DNA from: Dehalococcoidia bacterium
Lineage (GTDB): Bacteria; Chloroflexota; Dehalococcoidia; Lucifugimonadales; UBA3495
DNA length: 64,000 bases
Direction of reading: 5' to 3'
Assembly (NCBI GenBank): GCA_965203835.1
Contig: OZ241919.1
Span: forward strand, 694,140-758,139
Both the position numbers and the translations under genes were made by a program. The notes beneath the pieces are model-generated. The model was not told the origin of the DNA. It ran no database searches and saw only the letters and a program-made list of their open reading frames with translations. Shown here piece after piece: positions 39,986 to 49,689 of this stretch (position 1 is its first letter; each line of letters starts with the position of its first letter).

Positions 39986-41632
39986 GTGGAACCGATAACT
40001 CAGGTAGCGTCACGTCTGGGGATCAAGGATGAGCATCTGATCCCCTACGGGCGCTACAAGGCCAAGGTCTCGTTGGAGGCTTTGAACGACAGGCCTAGCC
40101 CGGCTACCCAAGGCAAGCTCGTAGTAGTAACCGGAGTCACGCCCACCCCGGCCGGCGAGGGCAAGACCACCACCGCCATCGGCCTGACGCAAGCGATGGG
40201 CCGGTTGGGTCACAATGTAACGGTCAACCTGCGGGAGCCCTCGCTGGGACCTATTTATGGAATCAAGGGCGGTGGCACCGGGGGCGGAAAAGCCCGGGTA
40301 TTCCCCGAAGACGAGATAAACATCCACTTCACCGGCGATGCCCACGCCGTCTCCTCGGCCCACAACCTGCTGGCCGCTTTGGTCGACAACGCGGTCTTTC
40401 GCGGCGCGGCATCGGGCATGGACCCTACCGGCATCCAGTGGAGCCGGGTTACCGACGCCTCGGACCGGGCCCTGCGGCACTTGGTCGCCGGGTTCGGCGC
40501 CAACGGCCCTTTCCGCGAGACCAGGTTCGACTTCGTTGCGGCGTCGGAAATCATGGCCATCCTGGCCTTGTCCGCCGACCTGGATGACCTGCGGGCTCGG
40601 CTGAACAGGATCGTGGTGGGAACAAACCGTGACGGGGAGCCGGTCACCGTAGAGGACCTGGGGGTCGCCGGCAGCCTGTTGACGGTGCTGCGGCACGCCA
40701 TCATTCCTAACATGGTGCAAACTCTGGAAGGGCAACCGGCGTTCGTTCACACTGGCCCCTTTGGCAACATCGCCCACGGCTGCAACTCCATCGTAGCCGA
40801 CCGGCTGGCCCTGGGGTTTGCCGACTACGTTATAACGGAGGCGGGTTTCGCTTCGGACTTGGGGTTCGAGAAGTTCATGCACATCAAGGCGCGCCAGAGC
40901 GGCCTTCTGCCAGACGCGGTGGTGCTGGTCGCCACCGTTCGCGCCTTGAGATGGCATGGCGGAGCAGGCCGCAGGGAGTTGGCGCAACCCAACCTGGAGG
41001 CCACGGTCAACGGCTGCGCCAATTTGGCCCACCACGTTAAAATTGTCCGTGACTTTGGCCTGCCCGTAGTGGTCGCCATAAACCGGTATGACGACGATGG
41101 CGCCGATGAGCTTGCGGCGGTCGAAAGAATTGCCAGAGAAGCGGGCGCGACCGACGTTGCGGAAATCTCAGGATTCACCCACGGCGGAGAGGGCGGAGTC
41201 GCCCTTGCAGAAACGGTAGTCAGGGTCATAAAGGACAATGCCGATGCCAACGGACGGGAGGTGCAGTACGCCTATGATCTGGACGCCAGCGTGCAGGAAA
41301 AGGTACGCGCCCTGGCGCAACGCACCTACAACGCCGACGACGTGACTTGGAGTGCCGAAGCCCGGCGGAAGCTGCGCTACTTCGAGTCCCAAGGCTGGGG
41401 ATCGCTGCCAATCTGCATGGCCAAGACGCACCTGTCCATCTCCCACGACCCGACCCGCCGCGGCAGCCCGTCAGGTTATGTATTCCCCATCTCGGACATC
41501 CGGGCGTCGGTGGGAGCGGGCTTCCTGTACACATTGGCCGGACAGATTGAGACCCTGCCAGGGTTGCCAACCCGCCCCCGGGCTTTGGATATGGACGTTA
41601 CTCCGTCCGGAGAGATAATAGGCCTGAGCTAA
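39986..41632 (+). CDS. fhs: Formate-tetrahydrofolate ligase
   Basis: TPAGEGKTT, LREPSLGP, GIKGG.TGGG, HFTGD, GPFGNIAHG, TEAGF, CMAKT. Confidence 0.96.
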   Translation: MEPITQVASRLGIKDEHLIPYGRYKAKVSLEALNDRPSPATQGKLVVVTGVTPTPAGEGKTTTAIGLTQAMGRLGHNVTVNLREPSLGPIYGIKGGGTGGGKARVFPEDEINIHFTGDAHAVSSAHNLLAALVDNAVFRGAASGMDPTGIQWSRVTDASDRALRHLVAGFGANGPFRETRFDFVAASEIMAILALSADLDDLRARLNRIVVGTNRDGEPVTVEDLGVAGSLLTVLRHAIIPNMVQTLEGQPAFVHTGPFGNIAHGCNSIVADRLALGFADYVITEAGFASDLGFEKFMHIKARQSGLLPDAVVLVATVRALRWHGGAGRRELAQPNLEATVNGCANLAHHVKIVRDFGLPVVVAINRYDDDGADELAAVERIAREAGATDVAEISGFTHGGEGGVALAETVVRVIKDNADANGREVQYAYDLDASVQEKVRALAQRTYNADDVTWSAEARRKLRYFESQGWGSLPICMAKTHLSISHDPTRRGSPSGYVFPISDIRASVGAGFLYTLAGQIETLPGLPTRPRALDMDVTPSGEIIGLS

Positions 41633-41720
41633 CGGGATACAGGCGTCTCGCACTCTAACCCTCTCCTCGTGTAAGAGGGAAACTATATAGACAACGGATC
41701 AGACTGAAAGGAGACTAAAG

Positions 41721-42041
41721 ATGATATACGACTACCGGGTATACACCTTCAAGCCGGGAGCTATCCCCGAATACATGGCCGCCGTGGAAGAGCTTTCCAT
41801 CCCCATCCGGGCCAAGTACGGCATCAAGCTGGCCGGGTGGTACTACAGCGACATAGGCCAGTTGAACAGGGTGGTCCACATCTGGGGCTACCGCGATCAC
41901 GCCCACTTGGAGGAAGCCAAGGCCCAGGTCGCTCAGGACCCCGACTGGACCGGCAAGTACCTGCCCAGGGTGCGCGGCTTAATTGAAGCCCAAGAAACCT
42001 TCCTGATGCTGTCCCCCGACTTCGCGCCCCAACCGGCGTAG
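41721..42041 (+). CDS. NIPSNAP family protein
   Basis: MIYDYRVYT.KPG, G.W..DIG.LN.VVHIW.Y. Confidence 0.88.
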   Translation: MIYDYRVYTFKPGAIPEYMAAVEELSIPIRAKYGIKLAGWYYSDIGQLNRVVHIWGYRDHAHLEEAKAQVAQDPDWTGKYLPRVRGLIEAQETFLMLSPDFAPQPA

Positions 42042-42072
42042 GGGTCTCGATACGATTCCAGAGGGCTGAACG

Positions 42073-42318
42073 ATGAGAACCTACACCTTCAACGTGGTGA
42101 TAGAGCCAGACGAAGATCGTTGGTTTGCTTATTGTCCTGTTCTCGAGGATCGAGGCGCAGCTACCTGGGGGTACACGAAGAATGAGGCTAGGGCAAACAT
42201 TTACGAAGTCCTGAAAATGACGCTGGCAAGCATGATCGACCACGATGAGGCAATCCCGGAGAACATAGTCGTCGCTAACGAGTCACCGGAGGAGTTGCTC
42301 ATCGCGGTCACTTTATGA
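42073..42318 (+). CDS. hicB: HicB-like antitoxin (short form)
   Basis: F.VVIEPDED...AYCP.L...GAATWG.T..EA..NI.E. Confidence 0.8.
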   Translation: MRTYTFNVVIEPDEDRWFAYCPVLEDRGAATWGYTKNEARANIYEVLKMTLASMIDHDEAIPENIVVANESPEELLIAVTL

Positions 42319-42572
42319 GCCGGATTGACTTTTCACGTCTTCGTTCCCTCACCGCACGACAGGTGGTACGGGCTTTAGCAAGAGATGGATTCTACTTGGA
42401 ACGTCAGTCGGGCAGTCATCAGCATTATTATCATCCGGACGGGCGAAGGGTAACAGTCTCCTTTCACCACGATGGGGATACCTTTGCCCTGAGAACATTA
42501 CGAAGCATAATCCAGAGGCAAGCCAAGTGGACCGAGGATGATTTGCGGAGGCTTGGCCTGCTCAGAGGGTGA
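42315..42572 (+). CDS. hicA: HicA-family mRNA interferase toxin
   Basis: L..DGF...RQSGSH..Y.HPDGRRVTV.FH, TL.SI..QA; ATGA overlap. Confidence 0.88.
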   Translation: MSRIDFSRLRSLTARQVVRALARDGFYLERQSGSHQHYYHPDGRRVTVSFHHDGDTFALRTLRSIIQRQAKWTEDDLRRLGLLRG

Positions 42573-42626
42573 GTGAATTGGCTGTGCTCTACCGGCCTGG
42601 TTACTCGGCCATTGACTGAACCGAGT

Positions 42627-43241
42627 TTACGCGATCAAGTCGCCGCCACAGATATTCAGGATCGAGTTTATCAAGTCTTTCAATTCTGGACAGCGGGAGA
42701 CAGCCACGGTTAGGTCTTGGCCGCGAAGAATGCTTCCGAAGTCCCGTGATTTCGAGTATCTGGAACGGCTGCCACGTGAGAAAATCTGCTGGATACGGCG
42801 CGACGGTGGATTGCCGTGGTTAACTCCTTCGGGGTTGCCGCCAGGAGCCGCTTGATTGTGACCAGCTAATTGCCGAATGCGAGGCCAATATGGCAGAAGC
42901 CATGCTTCAATCTCGTATTGGGCCGCGTGTGGATGGAATCTTGGCTCCATCCCGACCCATGCCCGCATCTTTGACTTGGCGTCAGTCGCATCTGAAAAAT
43001 CCGGAGGATTAGTTCCGGTGTAAACGTCGGTTAAGGCTATGACGTGGTCCGATGGGGAGCGACGATCATTCAGAAGATTGTTGACTAACCTTTTTAGCTT
43101 GTCCTCTTTGGGGACACGACCATTGTACGGAACCACGTCGAAATGAGGCATTCTTCCGCTCAGCCGAGGCTGTAGGTAATTTCTCAGATAAGGTAGGAAT
43201 TGCCTCTCGGTTTTGCCCTCGATGATTAAAGAGACCTTCAA
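42627..43241 (-). CDS. DUF4276 family (TOPRIM-like) protein
   Basis: LIIEGKTE, ALTDVY, EIEAWLL, NPE.VN...PPS.R, YSK.RD, CP; TTGA overlap with the ATPase stop. Confidence 0.8.
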   Translation of the reverse strand: MKVSLIIEGKTERQFLPYLRNYLQPRLSGRMPHFDVVPYNGRVPKEDKLKRLVNNLLNDRRSPSDHVIALTDVYTGTNPPDFSDATDAKSKMRAWVGMEPRFHPHAAQYEIEAWLLPYWPRIRQLAGHNQAAPGGNPEGVNHGNPPSRRIQQIFSRGSRSRYSKSRDFGSILRGQDLTVAVSRCPELKDLINSILNICGGDLIA

Positions 43242-44386
43242 GCCCTCCCGCCCATACGACCCATTTGCCACACTTCGTCCAAACTGTAGTCTTTCAACCA
43301 CCCTTCCAGTTCAAGAGAATCACCCCAAGTCATCGTAGCCCCGCCATCCTCGCAAATGTCCATGACAACAACTTCATGTGGTTCAAGAAATCGAATCAAC
43401 CTGTCCGAGTGGGTAGCGACTATTAACTGCGTCTTGTCCGACGCTTCACGAAGCAGGTCAGCAAGGATCGCGAGCAACTCGGGGTGCATACTGACTTCCG
43501 GCTCGTCGATCATCGTAATAGCGGGCAGATGGGGACTCTGCAACAAAGACGCGAGCCACAGGAATCGCAATGTACCTTCCGAAAGTTCGTGCATGTAAAA
43601 CGGCAGATTGAAGCCCAACTCCTTCCAGGTCATCGAAACCATGCCCGCTGCAATTATCGGGAAACCGAGCGATTCGAAGCCGGGAAACGACGCCCTCAAT
43701 GAGTCCTCAATGGCCTCATACTTGTAGTGGTTAGATTCGCGAAGATTATAAAGAAACGACGCCAAGTCCTCCCCGTTTTCGCCAGGCATCATGGTCGGTC
43801 TCAATTGTTGAGGCAGTTTTATCGGGGCTAACCGGCCCACGTCCAGGACGTGGTATCGGGTTATGGGGTTCAATATTCGTCTAACGTGTTCGGGCTGTTG
43901 ATAGGCTCTGGTGAGTTGTGACAAAGCAGACTCTACCCAGTTATACTCCCAAGCCGGACCAACATAGTCACCAATCATAGGCTCAAAGTACCGAACATCA
44001 CCTGCTTTAGATTGGATGTATCTGAACGGCGCAGGACAGGAATCCAAGACTTGGTCCAAGCTCTCCTCTGAAATGGCATATCCTGTGCCCTGTGGCGTCA
44101 ATTGCAAATAGTAGTGCAAAGGTGACTGACCGGGTACCGTCATCGTAGTTCTGAAAGACACCTCTGACTGCTCACGACGGGATATAACACTCCAAATCCC
44201 CCCCAATTTGTTAAGATGATTTGAGCAATTACCTTGAGCAGAAGCGGCCAGCAACGATACTACGTCCATGAAAGACGTTTTCCCAACTCCGTTTGCGCCG
44301 ATCATTACCATCAACGGGCGCATCTCGAGATCAACGTTGTTGAGTCTCCGGAATCCACTTATAGCGATTCTTTCTATTCCAGACAC
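43238..44386 (-). CDS. AAA_21-like ABC ATPase
   Basis: GANGVGKT, LSEGTLRFL, MIDEPEVSMHP, ATHS. Confidence 0.88.
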   Translation of the reverse strand: MSGIERIAISGFRRLNNVDLEMRPLMVMIGANGVGKTSFMDVVSLLAASAQGNCSNHLNKLGGIWSVISRREQSEVSFRTTMTVPGQSPLHYYLQLTPQGTGYAISEESLDQVLDSCPAPFRYIQSKAGDVRYFEPMIGDYVGPAWEYNWVESALSQLTRAYQQPEHVRRILNPITRYHVLDVGRLAPIKLPQQLRPTMMPGENGEDLASFLYNLRESNHYKYEAIEDSLRASFPGFESLGFPIIAAGMVSMTWKELGFNLPFYMHELSEGTLRFLWLASLLQSPHLPAITMIDEPEVSMHPELLAILADLLREASDKTQLIVATHSDRLIRFLEPHEVVVMDICEDGGATMTWGDSLELEGWLKDYSLDEVWQMGRMGGRA

Positions 44387-44472
44387 GGGCTATTGCCTCT
44401 CAGCTAACGGTGACAAGCATACCGAGGAGAAACATGCTCAGGGCATGAGGCTACTGCACTCTTAATCAATCG

Positions 44473-45573
44473 CTAGTTATGGCACCCCCGCGCCTGAATA
44501 TCCCACACCACTTCCACCTTGCCGTTGCGCACCCCCACGAAACGGTCCCAGCGGCTGACGGTGGCGTCCTGCTGGGACGGGATCATCGCTACCTGGTCTC
44601 CGGGCTCCAGCCGGACGCCGGGCTCCACATTGAAGATTACGTGCTCCGGGTCCATTGACACGACGGTGACTCCGGGCCTGCCTTCCACCTCGGGCAGTCC
44701 GCTCAGCGTGCTGATGGTCCTCTGGCCCGCATCGCCGACGGCCACGCCGGGGCGGGGCGTGCTTATGACCGTGGTCAACACCTTGCCGGCGTAGTTGAAC
44801 TCGGTCATATAGCCGTAATGGGTCTCCATGATCAAGTAGCTGCCGCCCTGGATTTCGGTCACGCCCGGTATCTCACCGGCTACGTCGTAGCTCCAGGTCT
44901 CGCCGGTAGAAACTATCTCCACCGGGATGCCGGCGGCGACGATGGCGTCCTTCAAGTCGATTACCCCTTGAATCACCCGGTAGCCCTCGGTCACCCTGTC
45001 CTCCCGCTCCGGCATCTCCGGGATGACCTGGTGGCTCATAATCCCCCGGAATGATACGCCGGGAAGGGAGTGGACGCCTTTGGCCAACTCTACGCCGTCC
45101 TCGATGTCCTGCACGCCGCACCGTCTCAGGCCAGTCTCCACTTCAATGACCACGCCCAAGTCAACCCCTTGGGCAGACGCCGCTCGCGACAAGTCCCGGG
45201 CGTTCTCCATGCTGTCGCAGGCCACTAGCACCTCCGCCTGCTGTGCCAAGGAACACAGGCGCTCGATCTTCTGCGGGGCGACCACCTCGCTGGTGACGAA
45301 AACGCTGGGGATGCCGCCGTGCACCATCACCTCGGCCTCGGCGACCTTGGCGGAGCATACACCGCCGTTGGTGCCGCCGCGGCGGGCTTGACGGTGGGCT
45401 ATCGCCGGGGTCTTGTGGTTCTTACCGTGGGGCCGGAGCTTGCTGTCCCGACCCGCGTAGTAGTTGGATATCACGTCCATGTTGTTATCCAACGCATCCA
45501 TGTCCAGTATCAGGCAGGGCGTTTCCAACTCTTCAACGGGTGTGCCCGGCAGTGGCCGATAGTTCCGGTCCAT
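44473..45573 (-). CDS. DSD1/D-threonine aldolase family PLP enzyme (alanine racemase fold)
   Basis: ETPCLILD, LRPHGKNHK, AKVAEAEVM, G.RRCGV, TEIQGGSY, DAG; ATG after GGGAGG. Confidence 0.88.
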   Translation of the reverse strand: MDRNYRPLPGTPVEELETPCLILDMDALDNNMDVISNYYAGRDSKLRPHGKNHKTPAIAHRQARRGGTNGGVCSAKVAEAEVMVHGGIPSVFVTSEVVAPQKIERLCSLAQQAEVLVACDSMENARDLSRAASAQGVDLGVVIEVETGLRRCGVQDIEDGVELAKGVHSLPGVSFRGIMSHQVIPEMPEREDRVTEGYRVIQGVIDLKDAIVAAGIPVEIVSTGETWSYDVAGEIPGVTEIQGGSYLIMETHYGYMTEFNYAGKVLTTVISTPRPGVAVGDAGQRTISTLSGLPEVEGRPGVTVVSMDPEHVIFNVEPGVRLEPGDQVAMIPSQQDATVSRWDRFVGVRNGKVEVVWDIQARGCHN

Positions 45574-45635
45574 GATTTTCCTCCCGACGTTGTTTGCTTG
45601 GAGAGTAAATTTCTGCGGTAACCGCCGCAGGGTTT

Positions 45636-46766
45636 CTAGGCGAAACGGCCCCGGCCCGCAATGGACCAGTACCCCTCCAGCTTGCCGCCCCTGACGGCCC
45701 TCACGTAGTCGTATTGGTTGAAGCAAAGGCTAAGGTTAAATGGCACCAACCAAGCCTTGTCCCCTGACTTAATACCGTCTAAAGGCACGTCCTCCAGTTG
45801 CAGGACACCGTGTTCCGCGCTGAAACGTACTGCCTCGGCCCCATTGATCCCCTCCAGGACAGCCCGGCCCCGGTCCGGCCCGGTGGCCTTGTGGCCCGCG
45901 TCCAGCACCGCCGAATGAAGGTTGGGGCGGCTTATGACGCCCGCCAGCACCTTGGCAGCAGGGGTGAATTCTGGGCGTATAAGGCAGTAGTTATAGTCCA
46001 TCAACGGGTAGGAACCTGCCTGCACCTCGGTTATGCCCGGCAAGGACGCCGCAACATCGTAGTTGTGGGTGCCACCAACACTGACCGTTTCAACGGACAA
46101 CCCTTCTATTTCCAGCAGTTCCCGCGTGTCCAGGACGGGTTGAAGTTGTTGACGCGCCGCCGCATCCATCACCGATTTGTCCGGCGCCTTCGAGTCCCCG
46201 TCGGACGGAAGCGGAGGGACCGCCATGATACCTTCAAAATACAGTCCGGGCGCTTCTACAACCGACTTGGCCAACGCCAGCGCATCAGCCCCCGGCGCGA
46301 CGCCGCACCGGCCCAGTCCCGCGTCAAGTTCCACGAAGACGCCGAGTTCGGTCCCGGAAGCCGTCGCCGCTTGGGAAAGAGTCTCGACGTTGGCTGCAGA
46401 GTCCACCGCAACTGAAATCGCGTTGGCTTGCGCAAGGGCGCAAAGACGCGCAATCTTGGACCGGGTGACTATCTGGCTGGCGATGAGCACATTTCTGAAC
46501 CCGGCCTCGGTGAACACTTCAGCCTCTCCCAGGGTGGCTACGGCGATGCCGCCGTCGCCGGGGGTGTATCCCGCCTCAATCTGGAAATAAGCTATCTGGG
46601 GGCATTGATGGGCCGCGACGTAGGGACGAACCTGCGCGCGGGACTGTCTGAAGCTGGAATGCAGTATCTCTATGTTCCGGCCCATCACGTCCAGGTCCAC
46701 CACCAATGCCGGAGTATCCAATTCCTCCACCGGCGTGCCGGGGGGCTGAAAAACGGGCCGTTCCAT
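45636..46766 (-). CDS. DSD1/D-threonine aldolase-like protein lacking the PLP lysine
   Basis: DTPALVVDLD, VRPYVAAHQCP, GRCGV, GGT, EVQAGSY.LMD, DAGHKA, SAEHG. Confidence 0.85.
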   Translation of the reverse strand: MERPVFQPPGTPVEELDTPALVVDLDVMGRNIEILHSSFRQSRAQVRPYVAAHQCPQIAYFQIEAGYTPGDGGIAVATLGEAEVFTEAGFRNVLIASQIVTRSKIARLCALAQANAISVAVDSAANVETLSQAATASGTELGVFVELDAGLGRCGVAPGADALALAKSVVEAPGLYFEGIMAVPPLPSDGDSKAPDKSVMDAAARQQLQPVLDTRELLEIEGLSVETVSVGGTHNYDVAASLPGITEVQAGSYPLMDYNYCLIRPEFTPAAKVLAGVISRPNLHSAVLDAGHKATGPDRGRAVLEGINGAEAVRFSAEHGVLQLEDVPLDGIKSGDKAWLVPFNLSLCFNQYDYVRAVRGGKLEGYWSIAGRGRFA

Positions 46767-46994
46767 GAGCTACTCCTTACTTCATTGCAGGGAAATGACC
46801 AGTGCAATGGTTTGATGCTGAGCTTCCGTATTTTCCACCATCGGACTATAACATGATACGGCTTGTTAGTGGAAAAAGACCCAGGCCGAGCAAGCCGGAG
46901 GTCTGCCGGTTCTTGACAATCCCAATACATCAAGACTAACTTAAGCGGGCGTCCCTTTAGGGCGTCTTTAATTCTGCTTACGCGAGAGTTTGTT

Positions 46995-47228
46995 TTGCCT
47001 GTAGAATCGTCGGACACCAACGACAAACACCGGTCACGTCGAAGCTTTTTGTCGAAGCTTGGCTTGGGCACGGTTGTAGCTGCCGTAGCTTCTCTTCCCA
47101 TAGCCGGCCGCGGCCTCTCCAATGCCTCGGCCAACGCCGACACCGTGCAGGAATTCCCTGGAGAGGACTCGATCTTCCATCCGGCCCAGGATCCGCGGCT
47201 GGACCCTCGCCGCAACCGGTCGTCCTGA
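46995..47228 (+). CDS. Small protein with twin-arginine (Tat) signal
   Basis: SRRSFL + hydrophobic LGLGTVVAAVASLPIAG + ASA/ANA; TTG start, start site uncertain. Confidence 0.65.
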   Translation: MPVESSDTNDKHRSRRSFLSKLGLGTVVAAVASLPIAGRGLSNASANADTVQEFPGEDSIFHPAQDPRLDPRRNRSS

Positions 47229-47374
47229 CGTCTTTCTGACCACATCGCCAGCCACGGGCGTTCACTGCCGGCATCTGTTGGTGCCGGTCAACCAACCCAA
47301 GTCAGGCGGGAACTGTTGACGCCTGGTTTGTTTGTCATGTTCCTGTCGTCACGGCCTCAGCCAATGGAGGAACC

Positions 47375-48772
47375 ATGGGCGTTACCGCCGATTTTGCTCG
47401 CTTTGTCCAGGACACCACGTTCTCTGACCTTCCCGCCGTGTCGGTGAGCAGGGCCAAGGACCTGTTTCTTGATACCATCGGAGTCGCGTTGGTGGGCAGC
47501 GTGCAGCCCACCGGCCAAGCGGTGGTCTCCTACGCACGGGAAGCGGGCGGCAGTCCGGAGGCGACCGTCTGGTCCGGCGGACTTGCCACATCGGCTTCCA
47601 TGGCGGCCTTCACCAACGGCATCCTGGCCCACAACATGGACTTTGACGACTGGCTGCCTACCGGCGAAGAGTCGGAGGACTGGCCCAGGAACGGGGGCCA
47701 CGCCAGCGGCATCCTGGTGCCCGTGGCCGTGGCGTTGGGTGAGAAGCTGGGTGCTTCCGGCAAGTCGATGATCGAAGCCTACGTGCTGGGCGTCGAGGTC
47801 TACACCAAAATAGCGGCCAACTGCCCCAACCTGAGAGGGCGCGGCTTTCACGGTATGCCGGTCTACGGCTCCCTTGGCGCAGCCGCAACCGCCGCCAAGC
47901 TGCTGGGGTTGAACGCCCACCAGATAGAAATGGCCTTCGGCATAGTAGCTTCCGGCGCGGGCGGCCTGTTTGCCAACGTGCGAGGATACGACGCCAACGC
48001 CGCCCACTCCGGCAACGCCGCTCGTCTTGGAATCGAGGCGGCGATTCTGGCGGGCGCCGGGTTCACCGGCAAAGAGGCCGTCATCGAATCCCCGATGGGC
48101 TTCTGCGACTCGTTCCTTGGCCCCGGCGCGGCCAACTACGCCAACATGACCGCGACCTTGGGAAACCCGTTTTACATGGAAGCTCCAGGGCCCGGCATAA
48201 AGCCCTATCCGTGCGCTTGGCCGACGTTCTACGCCATCGACGGCGTCCTGGGACTTGTTCAGGACTACGACCTGGCCTACGACAATATCCAGGAAGTCGT
48301 GATTTCCGTCTCGCCCTACCACTACAACGGCACCGAGAGCATGTACGTGCCCGAACCCGCCTCGGTCTACGAGTCCCGGTTCAGCACCAATTTCACCTGC
48401 GGCACGGTCATCCTGACCGGAAACCTGGGAGTGGACGATTTCTCCGAAGCCAAGCTTGCCGACCCGCTCGTAAGGGAAGCCGTAGCCAAGATACAATTGG
48501 TGGTCGACGAGTCCCGCGCCCACGAGGAGGGAGTATTCTTCGCCCCGGTGACCATCAAGACGAGGGATGGCCGGGAACTGGACAACCGGGTGGATGTATG
48601 CAGGGGGCACCCAAGAAACCCCCTTTCTTACGACCAAATTGTGGGCAAGTACCGGGACAACGCACTGCGCGTCCTGCCGGAGGACCGGGTCGGCGCGTCC
48701 ATCCAACTGATAGACCGGTTGGACCAACTGGATGACGCGAGAGAATTGGCCTACGCAGTAACGGCGCCGTAG
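47375..48772 (+). CDS. MmgE/PrpD family protein
   Basis: LDTIGVAL.G, AAF.NG..AH.MDFDD, RGFH, G.AA..G..AA.LA..GFTG, KPYPC, GHP.NP. Confidence 0.9.
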   Translation: MGVTADFARFVQDTTFSDLPAVSVSRAKDLFLDTIGVALVGSVQPTGQAVVSYAREAGGSPEATVWSGGLATSASMAAFTNGILAHNMDFDDWLPTGEESEDWPRNGGHASGILVPVAVALGEKLGASGKSMIEAYVLGVEVYTKIAANCPNLRGRGFHGMPVYGSLGAAATAAKLLGLNAHQIEMAFGIVASGAGGLFANVRGYDANAAHSGNAARLGIEAAILAGAGFTGKEAVIESPMGFCDSFLGPGAANYANMTATLGNPFYMEAPGPGIKPYPCAWPTFYAIDGVLGLVQDYDLAYDNIQEVVISVSPYHYNGTESMYVPEPASVYESRFSTNFTCGTVILTGNLGVDDFSEAKLADPLVREAVAKIQLVVDESRAHEEGVFFAPVTIKTRDGRELDNRVDVCRGHPRNPLSYDQIVGKYRDNALRVLPEDRVGASIQLIDRLDQLDDARELAYAVTAP

Positions 48773-48822
48773 CAGGTCTGGCGATCCATCGTACTGACCA
48801 GCCGCGCAACAGGAGGGACACC

Positions 48823-49689
48823 ATGGCCGGTACCAAGCATACTGTCGGGAACGTGGAGATATTGGGCATTCACGACAACGAGTCGGCGCTACCGTTGAGC
48901 ATGATATTCCCCAGCGTGACCCTCGAAGAATGGAGGCCCTATCAGGAACGCTACCCGGAAGGCTTCAACGACGCTGACCACCTTCGCGTGCATTTCGACT
49001 GCTACGTGATACGCTCCGAGGGGCAGACCATCCTGGTGGACACCGGCGCCGGAAGCATGGCAACCAATCCGGGCACCGTCACCGCATTCGCCGGTGGAGT
49101 GGACGGGCGGCTGCTGTCCGAGTTGCGGTCAGCCGGGATCAACCCGGAAGACGTGAACACCGTTTTCCTGACCCACCTGCACCCGGACCACGTTGGCTGG
49201 AACCTCGTCCAGGAAGGCGGTTCATCCGTACCTGCCTTCCCCCGCGCCCGGTACGTCTTCCACGAAGCCGACTGGGAAGCATTCCGGTCTCCCAAGGACG
49301 AGGAGATATTTGGGCTGACCTTCTGGAATGAGACCCTTGCGCCCTTGGAAAATCTCGGGGTTATCGACTTCCTCACCGGAGAGCAGGCCCTCACCAGCGA
49401 AGTAACGGCCATACCAACTCCGGGGCATACTCCGGGGTCTATGAGCTTGGTGGTCACTTCCGGGGGCGAGCGGGCGTTCGTGCTGGGTGACGTGTTCCAC
49501 AGCCCGGCCCAAGTAACCGAGCCTGAGTGGGTCTTCAGCTTCGATGCCGACCCTCAGGTGGCCGTGCAGTCCCGCAGCCGGATCCTCGATCGAGCCGAGG
49601 AAGAGCAAGCCGTGATGGCTATTTGCCACCACACCGGGTTCGGACGGATCATCCGCAGCGAGGGCCGCCGCTACTGGCAGGGAATCTAA
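48823..49689 (+). CDS. MBL-fold metallo-hydrolase
   Basis: LVDTG, THLHPDHVG, TPGHTPG, GDVFH. Confidence 0.9.
   Translation: MAGTKHTVGNVEILGIHDNESALPLSMIFPSVTLEEWRPYQERYPEGFNDADHLRVHFDCYVIRSEGQTILVDTGAGSMATNPGTVTAFAGGVDGRLLSELRSAGINPEDVNTVFLTHLHPDHVGWNLVQEGGSSVPAFPRARYVFHEADWEAFRSPKDEEIFGLTFWNETLAPLENLGVIDFLTGEQALTSEVTAIPTPGHTPGSMSLVVTSGGERAFVLGDVFHSPAQVTEPEWVFSFDADPQVAVQSRSRILDRAEEEQAVMAICHHTGFGRIIRSEGRRYWQGI

Noticed and set aside
47226-47374. Sec readthrough of the Tat-peptide TGA
   Set aside because: Downstream frame is open but has no redox motif or family support.
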